A stretch of 63,589 nt of DNA, the filler included, from Octopus bimaculoides (Eukaryota): the NCBI RefSeq assembly GCF_001194135.2. It is 7 parts of 6 records of this genome, joined end to end, with 100 filler letters (N's around TTAATTAATTAA, not from the genome) between each part and the next. Parts side by side here need not be neighbours in the genome. Positions count along the whole stretch, not along the records: positions 19,402 to 48,053 come from NC_068994.1; 6 more parts are not named here. One strand, 5' to 3'. The position numbers and the translations under genes were made by a program. Shown here piece by piece: positions 23,928-37,289 of the stretch. How positions within the stretch are numbered: position 1 is the stretch's first letter; every line of letters starts with the position of its first letter. Below the pieces are notes generated by a model. That model made no database searches and was not told the origin of the DNA. It worked only from the letters and a program-made list of their open reading frames with translations.

Positions 23928-26032
23928 CCCACGAATCACTGTGTATAAGACCAAACTGGAAGAATACTCAATACTTCTCAGGAGACTGTATTTACTATAT
24001 TTGTTTTACAAAGAAGGCTGACAGTTACTTCGAGGTTTCGACTAAGTAGCCTTTGCAGTCCGACGAATGCTGGCGCTGAAGTTATCCAATAAAACAAGAC
24101 AATTTCGTAAGAGATCTTTGTTGCAGGACCATGTTTTGAGGTATAATTACGCAGCCAAATATCCCACAAAACGCAACGTACCACCCTAAAATAAGGACAT
24201 TGTATTAGGTAGGGACAGAGATGCCCCAGCCACTGGAAAATAGACGGGATAGTTGTTATTGAAAGCCGTTGATAACAAATGTCTACTTGACATGCGGGTT
24301 AAGCAACATAACTCACACACACACACGTGTGTATATGTATACACACATACATAGACATGCACGTGTATATATACACGTATACACACACACGTGTGTATAT
24401 GTATACACACATACACACGTGAGTATATGCATACAGAGAGTGTGATAGACAGACAGCCATGAGCGGTTAATAAAACTCGGTTACAGACAGAGATCGCCGG
24501 AAGCTAATCTCCTCTACATTTCGACGTATAAAAAGAAAATTCATAACTAAAAATAAACGAGGGTGTTATGTGAGACATAGGGGCCAGAGGAAAGTCGATT
24601 AATTAAACTGACGCAAAGAATTAACGTGTGTTTATTTCACCGAGCCCAGCAAGAAGAATGAACGGTGAGGTCTATATACGGGCGGGATTTGAACACGGAA
24701 CGAGAGGGAGCATAGTTTTAATACGGGTTATTTAGTTCGATGTGTTACCGATTCTACCAATTATCCTTAGAATAATAATTTCTGTCCAACCAACGAGAGA
24801 GAGAGAGAAAGAAAGAAAGAGAGGTGTTACGCAGTCGCTCGACTTATTAGAAATATCAACCAAATCTCCCTCAAATGATGCTTGGCAGTCTTTAATATAA
24901 TAATGAGGAGTAGATCGAACGGCGAACATCTTTGAGTGCAAATTTGTGGGATCAGGGATCAACTAATTTCTGTATTCAATAATAACGATTTCAGCATTAA
25001 GAATAAATCAATTTTACCACAGACAGAAAGCCAAATATTTGGGAGAACGGTGTAACCGATTTAACTGACCCCAGTTCAAAAACGTCTGTTATCTATCTGT
25101 CTGTATGGTATGTATGTACTTATTTGTGTGTGTGTGTGTGTGTGTGTGCGTACGCACGTGTGTGTGACGATGTTAATCCTAAATCAATTTCAACATTTTG
25201 TTTGTAAAAATAAATTTGATATTTTACTTGAACGCATGCATTGAGTGCTCGTTCAGTTAATGTTCGACTGTTCATGTGTATGATTAAACACTAAACACAC
25301 ATTAATGATCATACATACATTATATACATACATACATATACCGTCTAAGGAAACTGGTGAAAGAAACACGCACACATGTTTCTGTGTATATACTGTATCT
25401 ATTTCAAAGGGACAATGACGGAATTCCCTCACATTGGCGCAAGGACACACATATATTGAAAAGGGGTACATACAGTCAATTAACTAAATTGCTCCTATAA
25501 TGGTACAGCGACCCGGCACAAATAATGATAGACTGTCAAAAATTTAAACACCCAGAACAAATTAAATTATGCCTATTTCAAACTTTGGTACGTACAAGAT
25601 CATAAATTAAAGGTAGCAGAGGCAGAAGAATCCGTTAAATCGAATCCTTAGTATTTAGTTGATATTCATTCTATCGGCTCCCGGGGGAACACGAAACGCG
25701 AACTCGATCGAGCTGGTCGAGAAAAGAACACGAATATAAGAGCGGGATGGCGGATTGACGCTCTACTGGTTCTGCCATGAAATATAATAACAATTATGAT
25801 GATAATTGTTTTCGATTAACCACAAAGCTCATAGATTTGCTGGAACAAGGGTAGGGTACGCAGTCGATTGAATCAACCCTTTATATGATTTGGTACTCGT
25901 TCTAAACACCTGTGGCAAGGTGAAATGGTAAAGTCGCGACCCTGAAAGGAGCTAAACTATAGTCGTCGTAGTAAGATAAAACTGCAAGTCAGTTAATCTG
26001 GTGCTTTACCTAATAATAATAATCCTTATTAT

Positions 26033-26143
26033 AAGTATAAGGCCAGCAATTTTCGGGGGACAGGGTAAGTCAATTACATCAACCCCAGTGCTCAACTGGT
26101 ACTTATTTTAACCGACCCCGAAAGGATGAAAGGCAAATTCTAC
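26033..26143 (-). mobile_element. SINE family A, 3' fragment (older relatives at about 24590-24760, 25640-25930, 26660-26800)
   Basis: CAACTGGTACTTATTTTAACCGACCCCGAAAGGATGAAAGGCAAA is the reverse of the SINE A central block. Confidence 0.7.
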
Positions 26144-28106
26144 ATTAGCACCATTAAATAATAACAATAATGTTAGTTTTTTTTTTCTTACTCAGAAACA
26201 CAGCTTTGGGTCTTAAATAGAAAGATTGTAGGAGTGGAAATTAATTGAAATCCAAAACATTTTCCCTAAACAGTACAATTTAGAATACAGGATATGCACG
26301 GCATTACACAAAAGGTAAAGAACATCTATTTATAAAATAAGTAGAAATAAGAATTCGTGACGCTCATGCCTGCTTTTCTCAAGGACATTAATCTAAAATT
26401 AACTGTCTTTATATCGGATTCGAAACTGCAAAAGATTATTTTAATAAACCATCTTTTTGATTTATAAAAATTTCTTAATTAGAAACAGAGTTATATACAT
26501 ACATACATAATATCGACCAAAGGACTGCTCCAAGCCCGCGAATATTACTGGTGTATTTTATGTAACTGATCGAGGAGGGAATGGAATGAAAAGCTAGAGA
26601 CTGCAGACTGTCAATAATAGCAACAACTTCTGTATAAATGCTACACATTTGTAGAGAACGGATTTCAGTCAATTAGGTTAATCTCTAGGGATAAAAACCA
26701 GCTCCGACGGGATTTGAACGCAGGACAGCAAGGGAAGTAACTATATACTGCAAGACAAATTTTGTGCGTTTGTCCAATGCTCCACCGATTCTGCCATCCT
26801 ACCTCCCCCCCCCGTTCTAGACATGTATGTGTACACACACACACATACACACGTGTGTGTGTGTGTATTGATAGTTAGTGTGTGTACACACATACAATTT
26901 TCATAAAGGATGAATAGTGTGGTTATTGCTTAATCCTAGCATAGCCTTACGACCAAAAGCGCTCTGATCATGACCATCTCGATTGTTGGGGCTCGTCTAG
27001 GACGTGTGTTATCTAATGTCTCACTTATCTCCCCACCACTACTTCCTTTTGGTAAACAACCGGATTCAGACTGGCTGCCTCTGGTTGGTTGTGCGATATA
27101 AAACTTCTCATTGTATAAATGTTTCACATCTATAACATAACCTTCTCTCATAATATTAAATAAAATATTTTTTTTAAAAAAAGTTATTCTACCAAATTTC
27201 CGGTTATATCTGAAATAAATAGAATCAACTAGACGATGTATATCATAAGAAATATATTTAAGAAAGGCTTAAGAAGATAGTGTGAGATTTAGAGAAAGAT
27301 TTGGCTGTTGTTTCTAACATGCCGAACAACCATGTTCAGGTTCCCTCATTGGTTCATACAGAAAGGTAGGACTACTGGTAGAAGCCATACACCTCTGGAC
27401 CGACTTCATTATATTCGGTGTCGACACACCATGCTCTGAGCTCACGACACACTACACACGCCCTCTCAATCACGCCTCCGTCGGCAGGGTATCGATGACA
27501 ATAAATCATTGTAATATACTTGGGATAAGAGAATCAACTGGATTGATTGATTATACATAACTTATAAAGGAAAAATAGCTTTGTGCTAGAAAAAAAACAG
27601 CACACATCCAAAACACTATTGTGTCTGACATTAACGCAAACATTTCATGTTTAGCCTCAGGTAAGCCGTGATCAAGTACACCTTTGATCAAAGGTATTTC
27701 AAATGTGACCATCCCATTTTCGACTAAAACTACATTATGTCTCAAATGTGAAATTTTCTTCTTTTTAAAAACAGTAGCGATGAAATCTGAGAGAGATTTC
27801 GCTGTTATTTCTAACAAATCGAGCGATCGTGTTGAGACGACTCTCTGGTTTGTTGTTTTAGCCCCAAGTGCACGCCAACTGAGCAGATCTATCGTCAAAA
27901 GCGTTCCAGTTATGACCATCCCATCTTGTTTTCAAGCACAGGTCTGCTAGGTCTACTTTGTCCAATGTGGTTCTCTTTTTTGTTTTCTTTTAACACACGT
28001 TAAGGTGAAATTTGATGAAAATTTTGGTGGCTGCTATTTCTACACCTCGTTGACTCGTAAGCCTGTTACCGACAGGTTTATACATATATACATATATATA
28101 TGTGTA

Positions 28107-28170
<64 letters not shown>

Positions 28171-28764
28171 CCCAACGTATACATACATATTCAGCAGTAA
28201 GATACGAAGAGAAAGCGCGAATGAAAGAGCGAGTGTTAAGAATTATGAATGTATATATATATATATACATACATGAAAGAGTACAAGAATGACAAGGAAT
28301 ATAAAAGAAAATAAGAAGAGTTGATATGTTCATGGACTTACCTATATCATGGCTAGATAGATGTATGGAGCAGAGCAGGCTGTCACAGTCAACCGGACCG
28401 CATAGTGTAACATAACCAGTTGAAACTATAATCGTGCAACAACAGAAAGAGATGAGGGGAGGGGCACGAAGGAGAAAGTAAACGGAAGGGTAGAGAAAAG
28501 AAATAACAAAGGGAATAACAACAACAAAATAGGACAGATCAAGGGTAGAAGTTTCCACCCGCAAATATATATATAGGTGATCTAGTGGTGGAGAGAAGTA
28601 AAAAATAAATATATATATGTATCACTGTTAGGTGAAGTGAGTGGCCGACACTTGTGTAATGCCACTTCATCAGACGACTGAATGTGTTCACCATCAACTG
28701 AAGAGTTCCACCAATCGATCGTGTAGTTCTTCCTTCCCCTTTTTCTCTTTCGTTTTCTTATTTA

Positions 28765-28773
28765 CACACACAC

Positions 28774-28804
<31 letters not shown>

Positions 28805-28981
28805 TTCAATTTCTTTCTCTTTAGTCTATACCTCAGTGCTTGTTTATCTCTTTCTTTCTCTTTCTCTTTCGGTCTCTCTTTTTCTCTCCCGTTCTCTGTT
28901 TTTATCTTTCCATTTCTGTCTGTTGTTCGCTTTTCTCTCTCGTTCTCTCTCTCTCTCCCTTTCTTGTAGTCGCGACTGTTT

Positions 28982-29025
<44 letters not shown>

Positions 29026-29060
29026 GCTCTCTCTCTCTCACACACACACACGCACACACA

Positions 29061-29113
<53 letters not shown>

Positions 29114-29343
29114 GCTCTCTCTCTCTCACACACACACACGCACACACACACTCTCTCTCTCTCTCTCTTGCTCACTCTATCTCCGTTGTTTTCTCTCTCC
29201 CTTTCTTTCTTGTATTTCTAACTCCTTTCTCTTTCTCTCTCCCTCTCGGTCTCTCTCTGTTCGTTCCCTCCTAACTCTCTTTTTCACCCCCTTTCTTTCT
29301 TATCTACTTCTTCCTCACCTTCACTTTCTCTTTCTTACTCTCT

Positions 29344-29384
<41 letters not shown>

Positions 29385-29390
29385 CTTATT
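28765..29390. repeat. Large compound (CT)n/(CA)n low-complexity tract
   Basis: Directly visible; explains ORFs 28641-29405 and similar. Confidence 0.95.
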
Positions 29391-30297
29391 CCCTCACTCT
29401 ATTAGTTATTTCGCTCAATTACTATATCTTTCTCTCTCCAAGTATGACTCTATTTGACTCTTCAAATCTGCGACTTCTCAGTCTCTTTCGTCCCTACTTG
29501 CTCATAATCCTTGCTATCATTTAACTTTTATATTTCTTTTCCTCTATCTTCATATTTCTGTCTTTCTCTTTCTCCCCTAAGTATCTTTCTTTCTTCCCAT
29601 CATATATATATATATATATGTACATAACATGTATTTTCATGCTTATTCTGTATCTCTTAATATCTACCTCTCTGCCTATCAATCTGTTTATCTCTGTCTC
29701 ATTCTTTCATTACGTTTTATTTAAAGAAGAGTGCGTGTTATGGGTAAGTGTGTAAATTTAATTTACGTGCGTATATTTTATAAACATACATTAGCCTTTA
29801 GAAAGCCTAGAGAGAGAGAGAAAGACAGTGTGTGTTTACACAACGAAGCTAAATGTATGTTTATTACACATCCGCACGCAAAATTATTTACAAAGTTATC
29901 AAAAAACGCGTTGTCTCGGGACTTTTGTTAATTAATTCGCGAGGCTAACGAATAGACTGATAAGCAAATAAGCAAAAACAGTGTCTGTTGTTCGTGGCAT
30001 TTTTTCCTAAACCATAGTAAGCTGTGCACCTCTCTCTCTTTCTCTTTCTCTTTCTCTCGCTCTCCGTGTCTCACACTTTTGAAGATTGGGTAATGTAAGC
30101 CGGGATTTCCTAACTTTTTTTAACTATTGCCCCGTTTCTTTTAGCACCACTATAAACGTTCCTTTGCTACAACTCAACTAAATTAAATACATCATAAAAA
30201 TTACGCCATCAAAAGATCAATTGTACATACGCCATTTCATCAATATAATATGGAATGTCAAGACATTTCGACCACTAGTATGACTGGATGATTTTAC

Positions 30298-30464
30298 CAG
30301 TATTTCGTCTGTCTTTACGTTCTGAGTTCAAATTCCGCTAAGATCGACTTTGCCTTTCATCCTTTCGAGGTCGATAAATTAAGAACCAGTTGCGTACTAG
30401 GGTCGGTCTAATCGACTAGCCCCTCCCTAAAAATTTCGGGCCTTGTGCCTAGAGTAGAAAAGAA
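30298..30464 (+). mobile_element. SINE family A, 5'-truncated, with TSD
   Basis: TATGACTGGA(T/G)GATT flanks both sides (about 30279 and 30465). Confidence 0.85.
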
Positions 30465-30764
30465 TATGACTGGAGGATTCGCACACACACTCACACACAT
30501 TCCTGAAAGTTATGGCAATTAAAAAAAGATGTATCTATTGTCCCCAGTGTCCTCAGTGTCCATACAGAATTTTCCACCACCCACTTTGGGGGGGGGGGGT
30601 ACTAATGAAAAAGGAAAAAGAAAAAAAATTGCTTCTGATGAGCTGGTAATGACCGGCGAAACTAGTTGAGTTCTTCATCGGTTCTACATTCTGCAGAGTC
30701 AGTCAGCCTTATGTTTTAACCATGGGGGTCTACTTGCATTGCGATGCTACATGTTCATTTATTA

Positions 30765-30800
<36 letters not shown>

Positions 30801-31005
30801 ACACACGTACGTACACGCGCGCGCGCGCACGCACATGTAAGAGGTTTTGGTATCCAGAAGACCCAAGATGGCAGGTAAGGCTATGTAGGAGCTGCGGAAG
30901 GATCGTAGTTAGGCTCCCGGTTCGAGTCGTGTGTGACGATGTATATGTCCTCATAAATGTCCAAGAAATTTCACACTGCCTTGGCTTTGTTGTCTCATTT
31001 TTATT

Positions 31006-31045
<40 letters not shown>

Positions 31046-31400
31046 ATACACACACATACATACATACACATATATATACATATATGCATACATACATATA
31101 CTATTCACAGCTTAGCTTTGGCTACTTCAAATTCCGCCTATAAAAACGTATTATTTCACGACCGGAATTTTCTAAATGTATGTATGTATGTATGTATGTA
31201 TGAATGAATGTATGCATGCATATATGTACATACTTTCTTTGTAAGTTAACAAAGCAACCAATGGTGTCATGTGAAGAGATTTTCACAATTGTTCAAGTGT
31301 GCCACACGGAAATGCTGGTACTCATCTCCACTTTGGATGGGAATACCCCATCACACACACACACACACACACACACATACATACATACATACATACATAC

Positions 31401-31756
31401 ATCATAGTTGCACCCTCGTTACACGAGAAAAGCCATTGCCAAGAAGACTTACTGAAATGATTCTTTATTGTTGCCATGTGATGCCCTTATATGACTTTTA
31501 AGCCCGGCCAAGCTTTTACACATTTTATTACATACTGGACAACTATGCTGGCTGGCAGGAGAAACAGTTGCCACCATATGCACTCTCTTAACATGTCTCT
31601 TTAGACCTCCATCTGAGAGGCACACCTTTTCACATTTTAAATACGTTCTGTTATGAATTTTAATAACCACATCATTGGTTATTATGGGTCGATTTCTGTG
31701 AGATTTATGATGGCTCACCAGGCCTGCATGACTCAAACACCTCCTCCCACAAACAA
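31401..31756 (-). pseudogene. RTE-type LINE 3' end with three C2H2-like fingers and a (TATG)n tail
   Basis: CGRRCLSHAGLVSHHKSH, CEKVCLSDGGLKRHVKRVH, CPVCNKMCKSLAGLKSHIRASH, stop, short UTR with CTCGT-TAC-ACGAG stem-loop (31415-31427), microsatellite tail. Confidence 0.7.
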
Positions 31757-31794
31757 CATACACACACACATACATACATACATACATACATACA

Positions 31795-32035
31795 AAGGTA
31801 TGTCCAGTCAAAGAGGTCAGCTGCCCTGCAGATATAAATATCTCTTTGAAAATCAAACAAAAAGAGGATATCTACGGACAACTGCTTCGAAACCTCCAGA
31901 TTCTATATCCTGACTATGAATTCAAATGCATTTCAATAATAATTGGAGCACTAGGTTTTCTTAGTAAATGCTTAAAGGAGAATCTGGATAAACAGGGATT
32001 TTCAGGAAGAGAAATCGACCGGCTAATTCGTCTAT
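31795..32035 (+). pseudogene. R4/Dong-like LINE RLE fragment
   Basis: KVCPVKEVSCPADINISLKIKQKEDIYGQLLRNLQILYPDYEF...IIIGALG; same family as 10030-10685; 5' junction on (TACA)n. Confidence 0.85.
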
Positions 32036-32052
32036 TTTTCAGTGCGTGGTGA

Positions 32053-32113
<61 letters not shown>

Positions 32114-32949
32114 ATATATGTATATATACCCGTACATACATATACACATATTTTCGTATTTTAGTTCGCACTTTGCATATGTATCCTTGCATGTATCATA
32201 GAAAAGTATTCTTCATTCTTAGGGTCTCGGCCATCTTGCTGGGATCTTGTGAGTTTTGAAAAGTAGACGGAATCTGTCATGTTTAGTAAAATTAAGATGG
32301 TCATTCGGCATCGTAGATTTGTTCAACAGCACGGCAGAGAATAACGAATTATATAGACGCGATCTCTAGATCGTCTTCTCCTTAACAGAAAGGAGGAGGT
32401 GGAGGAGGAGGAGGTCCCTCGCCAAACTTCATTTGTAATTCTTCTTGACATGGGGGTGGGAGGTGGTGGGCGGACTGGTTTTTGTCAGATTCCGAATGTG
32501 CTGTGCTAGAGTATATTAGTTTAGGTTACCTGTCAGATAAATAGACAGACGGATAGACATACACATGTGTATATACACATATACGTTTATTTATACATAC
32601 CTATACTGGTACATACATACAGAGAGAGAAAGAAAGAGACAAACACACACACACATATATATGTATGTATGTATANNNNNNNNNNNNNNNNNNNNNNNNN
32701 NNNNNNNNNNNNNNNNNNNNNNNNNNNNNNNNNNNNNNNNNNNNNNNNNNNNNNNNNNNNNNNNNNNNNNNNNNNNNNNNNNNNNNNNNNNNNNNNNNNN
32801 NNNNNNNNNNNNNNNNNNNNNNNNNNNNNNNNNNNNNNNNNNNNNNNNNNNNNNNNNNNNNNNNNNNNNNNNNNNNNNNNNNNNNNNNNNNNNNNNNNNN
32901 NNNNNNNNNNNNNNNNNNNNNNNNNNNNNNNNNNNNNNNNNNNNTATAT

Positions 32950-33016
<67 letters not shown>

Positions 33017-33217
33017 TAGTAAGAGAGAGAGAGAGAGATAAATAGACAAACTGACAGACAGACAGAGACAGAGACACACATAGAAAGAGAGACACACACT
33101 CATATATACACATACGTATATACTTTTACATACATACATGCATACATACATACATACATACACACACAAACACATACATACATACATACATACATACATA
33201 CGTACGTACGTACGTAC

Positions 33218-33595
33218 ACAATGACGGGCAATAAATGTAGGCTGTGCAAAATTAAAATTGAACACATCAACCACGTTATTAACGACTGCGAGAGAATGTC
33301 TTCCAGATATTATCATCTCATGAGACATGTCGCGGTAACCGGAACAGTATGAAACAGAATTAGAAAAAGCAAATTACTTGCAAACAGAGTTGACTATATT
33401 GAAACCGATGGGTCAAGACAATATTGATAGAACTTAAAAATTAAAACAACCGCCAGGTTATAACACAGCCGGTCAGGCATTGTGTAGGATTACAAGAAAA
33501 ATATATACTCTGTTTTGGAAACCAGCTGTCCTCTGAATGCCATTGTGGTTCGAGAAATACAGGGGAAGGAAAATATCTCTTGATTAAGGGGTAAG
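33218..33595 (+). pseudogene. R4/Dong-like LINE CCHC plus RLE fragment
   Basis: CRLCKIKIEHINHVINDCERMSSRYYHLMRH followed by a decayed RLE; 5' junction follows (TACA)n(TACG)n. Confidence 0.75.
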
Positions 33596-33654
33596 GTGTT
33601 TGCAAATCTAGTGCCAAAGGTACATTTTCAGTTTCATAGCTACAGGATATTTAT

Positions 33655-33704
33655 GGAGCAAATTGCCTGGAGCAAATTGCCTGGAGCAAATTGCCTGGAG
33701 CAAA
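33655..33704. repeat. 14-bp tandem repeat GGAGCAAATTGCCT x3.5
   Basis: Perfect copies, directly visible. Confidence 0.95.
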
Positions 33705-33896
33705 GTATGGTTAAATTTGGGTCCTTGGACAGAGAGTGCATCTCCTCAGTTCGTGCGCTAGAAATGATCACGATATCTAAGGACAATCAAGATCTGCGAG
33801 ACCCTCGTAAGATTTAAGGGATGATGAACTAAACAATTGCTTTCCTTCACAAACTTGCTACCAAGAAACTGACCGTTCTAAATTAGCTCTAATGTT

Positions 33897-34280
33897 GTTG
33901 TTGGCACTCCGTCGCTTACGACGTCGAGGGTTCCAATTGATCCGATCAACGGAACAGCCTGCTCGTGAAATTAACGTGCAAGTGGCTGAGCACTTCACAG
34001 ACACGTGTACCCTTAACGTAGTTCTCGGGGAGATTCAGCGTGACACAGTGGGACAAGGCTGACCCTTTGAATTACAGGCACAACAGAAACAGGAAGTAAG
34101 AGTGAGAGAAAGTTGTGGTGAAAGAGTACAGCAGGGTCTGCCACCATCCCCTGCAGGAGCCTCGTGGAGCTTTAGGTGTTTTCGCTCAATAACCACTCAC
34201 AACGCCCGGTCTGGGAATCGAAACCGCGATCCTATGACCGCGAGTCCGCTACCCTAACCACTGGACCATTGCGCCTCCAC
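33897..34280 (-). mobile_element. Near full-length SINE family B with (CAA)n tail
   Basis: Head GGAGGCGCAATGGTCCAGTGGTTAGGG...GTTTCGATTCCC; tail GACGGAGTGCCAACAACAAC. Confidence 0.9.
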
Positions 34281-34789
34281 CATGACAGGTTAACTGAGTG
34301 GGAAAGGGAAGTAATTAAAAGGGTAGTGCAACAGACCACAACAGGGACCAATGAATTTACTTAGAGTCGTTGCATGAAAAATTGCACATGGAAAAATAAA
34401 AAGAGAGAACATGAAGCGACTTCGTTTCGATGAAATATTTTTTAAAAATAGCCAATAATAATGTGTATCCTGTTGCTTCAATTGCAAGTACCCCAGGTAT
34501 GCCATCCATGGCATCAGAAAATCATGATGAAATAATTAATTACGGAATGGACAGCAATTATAAAAGCATTCATCTTCCAGATCATTGTGATTAGTAAAAT
34601 TCTAAATCTTACCAATTAGAGAGTATTAGTGCTATAACATTATCTTAAAGTAATTAATTTTATTTTTTTGTTTAATAATCTTATTCAATTAATCCTGTCC
34701 CACTTATACAGATACCTGTACAGTGCACTTCCTTGCACAGTGCAGTATTAATAAACCTATACCATTAATAATAATGTACAGGTACCCAA

Positions 34790-35308
34790 AGAAATGTTAG
34801 CACGCCGGTTGATATGCTTAGCTGTATTTCGTCTGTCTTTACGTTCTGAGTTCAAATTCCGCTGAGGTCGACTTTGCCTTTTATCATTTCGGAGTCGATA
34901 AATTAAGTACCAGTTGCGTACTGGGGTCGAGGTAATCGACTGGCCCCCTCCTTGCGTACTGGGGTTGAGGTAATCGACTGGCCCCCTCCGGAAAAATTTT
35001 CGGCTGTGTGCCTAGAATAGAAAAGATTCTATTTAAGTAAAGACAGTAAATTTAATATCTATTTTCTTTAAGGCGGTGAGTTGGCAGAATCGTTAGGACG
35101 CCACGGAAAATGCTTCATGCATCTTCACGTTCTGAGTTCAAATTCTGCCGAGGTCGACTTTGCCTTTCATTTCTTTTTTCTCGGGGTCGATAAAATNNNN
35201 NNNNNNNNNNNNNNNNNNNNNNNNNNNNNNNNNNNNNNNNNNNTGATCGACTCATTCCCCCTCCCTTGAAATTGATGGCTTTGTGCCGAAATTTGAAACT
35301 AATATTCA
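34790..35308 (+). mobile_element. Two adjacent SINE A copies; first has an internal ~37-bp tandem duplication
   Basis: GCGTACTGGGGT(C/T)GAGGTAATCGACTGGCCCCCTCC repeated at about 34916 and 34954; second copy spans a gap. Confidence 0.8.
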
Positions 35309-35384
35309 TTTATTTACTTTAAAGTTCTAGTAGTCTAAAAAGTTTTAGAGACACAGGAGATGTATAATTAAGAAGTTGGAAGGT

Positions 35385-35607
35385 TAACATCTCTGGTTCG
35401 GAGAAACTGGCAACCCAGTAAGGCTTGAGGAAAAGTGGTACTGCAAATGCGGTACATTATTTACATTTGACGAATATTTGTCCTCGTCTTGTTTGTTAAC
35501 ACAACGTTTCGGCTGATATACCCTCCAGCCTTCATCAGGTGTCTTGGGGAAATTTCGAATCTGGGTTCTCATTCCTAAGGTATTTTTCTATGTCGTTGTT
35601 GTTGTTG

Positions 35608-35676
<69 letters not shown>

Positions 35677-35778
35677 TCACTGCCTGGAATCGCATGAATC
35701 GATGAGGACAAATATCCGTCAAATGTAAATAATGTGAATAATGTGCATAATTCCTCATCCCTTAGATATAGAACTGTG
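35385..35778. mobile_element. Penelope-like terminal-repeat remnant with an inverted partial copy
   Basis: ACGTTTCGG...CCTTCATCAG motif typical of PLE ends; 35454-35488 is the reverse complement of 35701-35735 (33/35) around (TTA)n. Confidence 0.5.
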
Positions 35779-35797
35779 AAAAAAATGCGGTGTTGCA

Positions 35798-35838
<41 letters not shown>

Positions 35839-36718
35839 GTATGTTTATATGTATGAGTTACGATAAAGAACATAGAAATCTGTTTGAGATTTTTGATAAA
35901 AAAAAATATTTCTTTTTACCGTATACAAAAAATGTACTTACTACGAATGACAAACACTGACACAGTTCGAAGCTTATTGTTCTTGGCCTAGATATGATAG
36001 TAGCCGCTAACGTGATGTTAGCTGATCATTGTGTGCTGAGGTCGCCGTCCGTCCATTGTTTTTATGTTGTAATCGCGCTCTAGCCTGCTACTGGTTCTGT
36101 TACTGCATGTTGACTGCCGTCTCTGTGTTCGGTCTGATGAGTGCCATCTGCCGTTTGTCAGTAGTGGTTAAAATGCGCTAAACATATAGTGGCGATCTTG
36201 GTTAGAAAAAGCGCACCGAAGATGAAACTATTGTAAGATCCGGTTCCACACAAAACCTTGAGTACTCAGATTTTTTGATGACGCTAGTAATATTCTAACG
36301 AATCGTGATCGTATTATTCAGCTGCTTTTTTGCATCGGATATAGTGATCCGGGTTCAATTTCTAAGTTAAATTTTCTTGTTACATATGTATGTATAAATG
36401 TATGTATGTATGTATGTATAAACACACACACACACGCACACACACACACATACACTGCACACACACTCACACACTCACATACAAATGAGTTCGACTGGTT
36501 TGGACGAAATATCGCTTCCTCATCTTCATACAAATATGATTATCAAAAAGATTACATGATATAATATTTATACTATAATATACAAATGTTATTCATTATT
36601 AGACATTACATTCATTTAAATTTTGTATATTTTCCCCAAATTAGACTGCAAACGGTGGATCCACCTTCATAAATGAGAAACACCCGACCCCAATAAAATT
36701 GGCGGGGAGGCGAGCATG

Positions 36719-36749
<31 letters not shown>

Positions 36750-36843
36750 GACATATACATACATACATACACACACACATATATACACACACATATTATA
36801 CATAATATATCTATATTATATATATATACATTTATTATACATA

Positions 36844-36875
<32 letters not shown>

Positions 36876-37289
36876 TGCATTACAGGTTTAACTTTTTTCA
36901 AAGATTCTCCGCTTTCGCAAATTCATTGATATCTTATCTTGACAGAGTGTTTATATAAGTATACAAATGTATGTGTGACAGGCTTCCGTACAGTTTCCCC
37001 TCAATTAAATTCCTATCACAAGCCATCGAGCAATTCTAGCCAATGGTAGTTGACATTTGCCGAGGCTGTCAAGTTGTGCGATCGAGCCAAAAGCCGCGTG
37101 GTTACGAAGCGATTCTTTTTAATTACGGTGTATCTGAGTAATGTTCTCTCTTAACAATGGAAACAAAATTGATGTGACTAAAAATAACCTTTGAGTTCTT
37201 TTAGAGACTCAGAGCTTGCCAGTTAAGTGAACGTGACGTAGTCATTCTTATATTCGGCTTTTATCCAAATATAACTCCAGACTATTGTC

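Noticed and set aside
23940-24200. First coding exon at the CpG boundary
   Set aside because: ATG-initiated minus-strand frame stops after 16 codons; the listed 68-aa ORF has no recognisable features
29700-30130. Possible promoter or first exon (CpG-rich, several GTAAG donors)
   Set aside because: No independent evidence of transcription or of a downstream exon
30760-30840. Z-DNA-prone (CA)n(CG)n tracts (also about 47890-47940)
   Set aside because: Ubiquitous microsatellite variants in this genome; nothing locus-specific
31449-31856. Host C2H2 zinc-finger gene
   Set aside because: No TGEKP linkers; the ORF start runs through microsatellite; LINE-like UTR stem-loop and repeat tail follow
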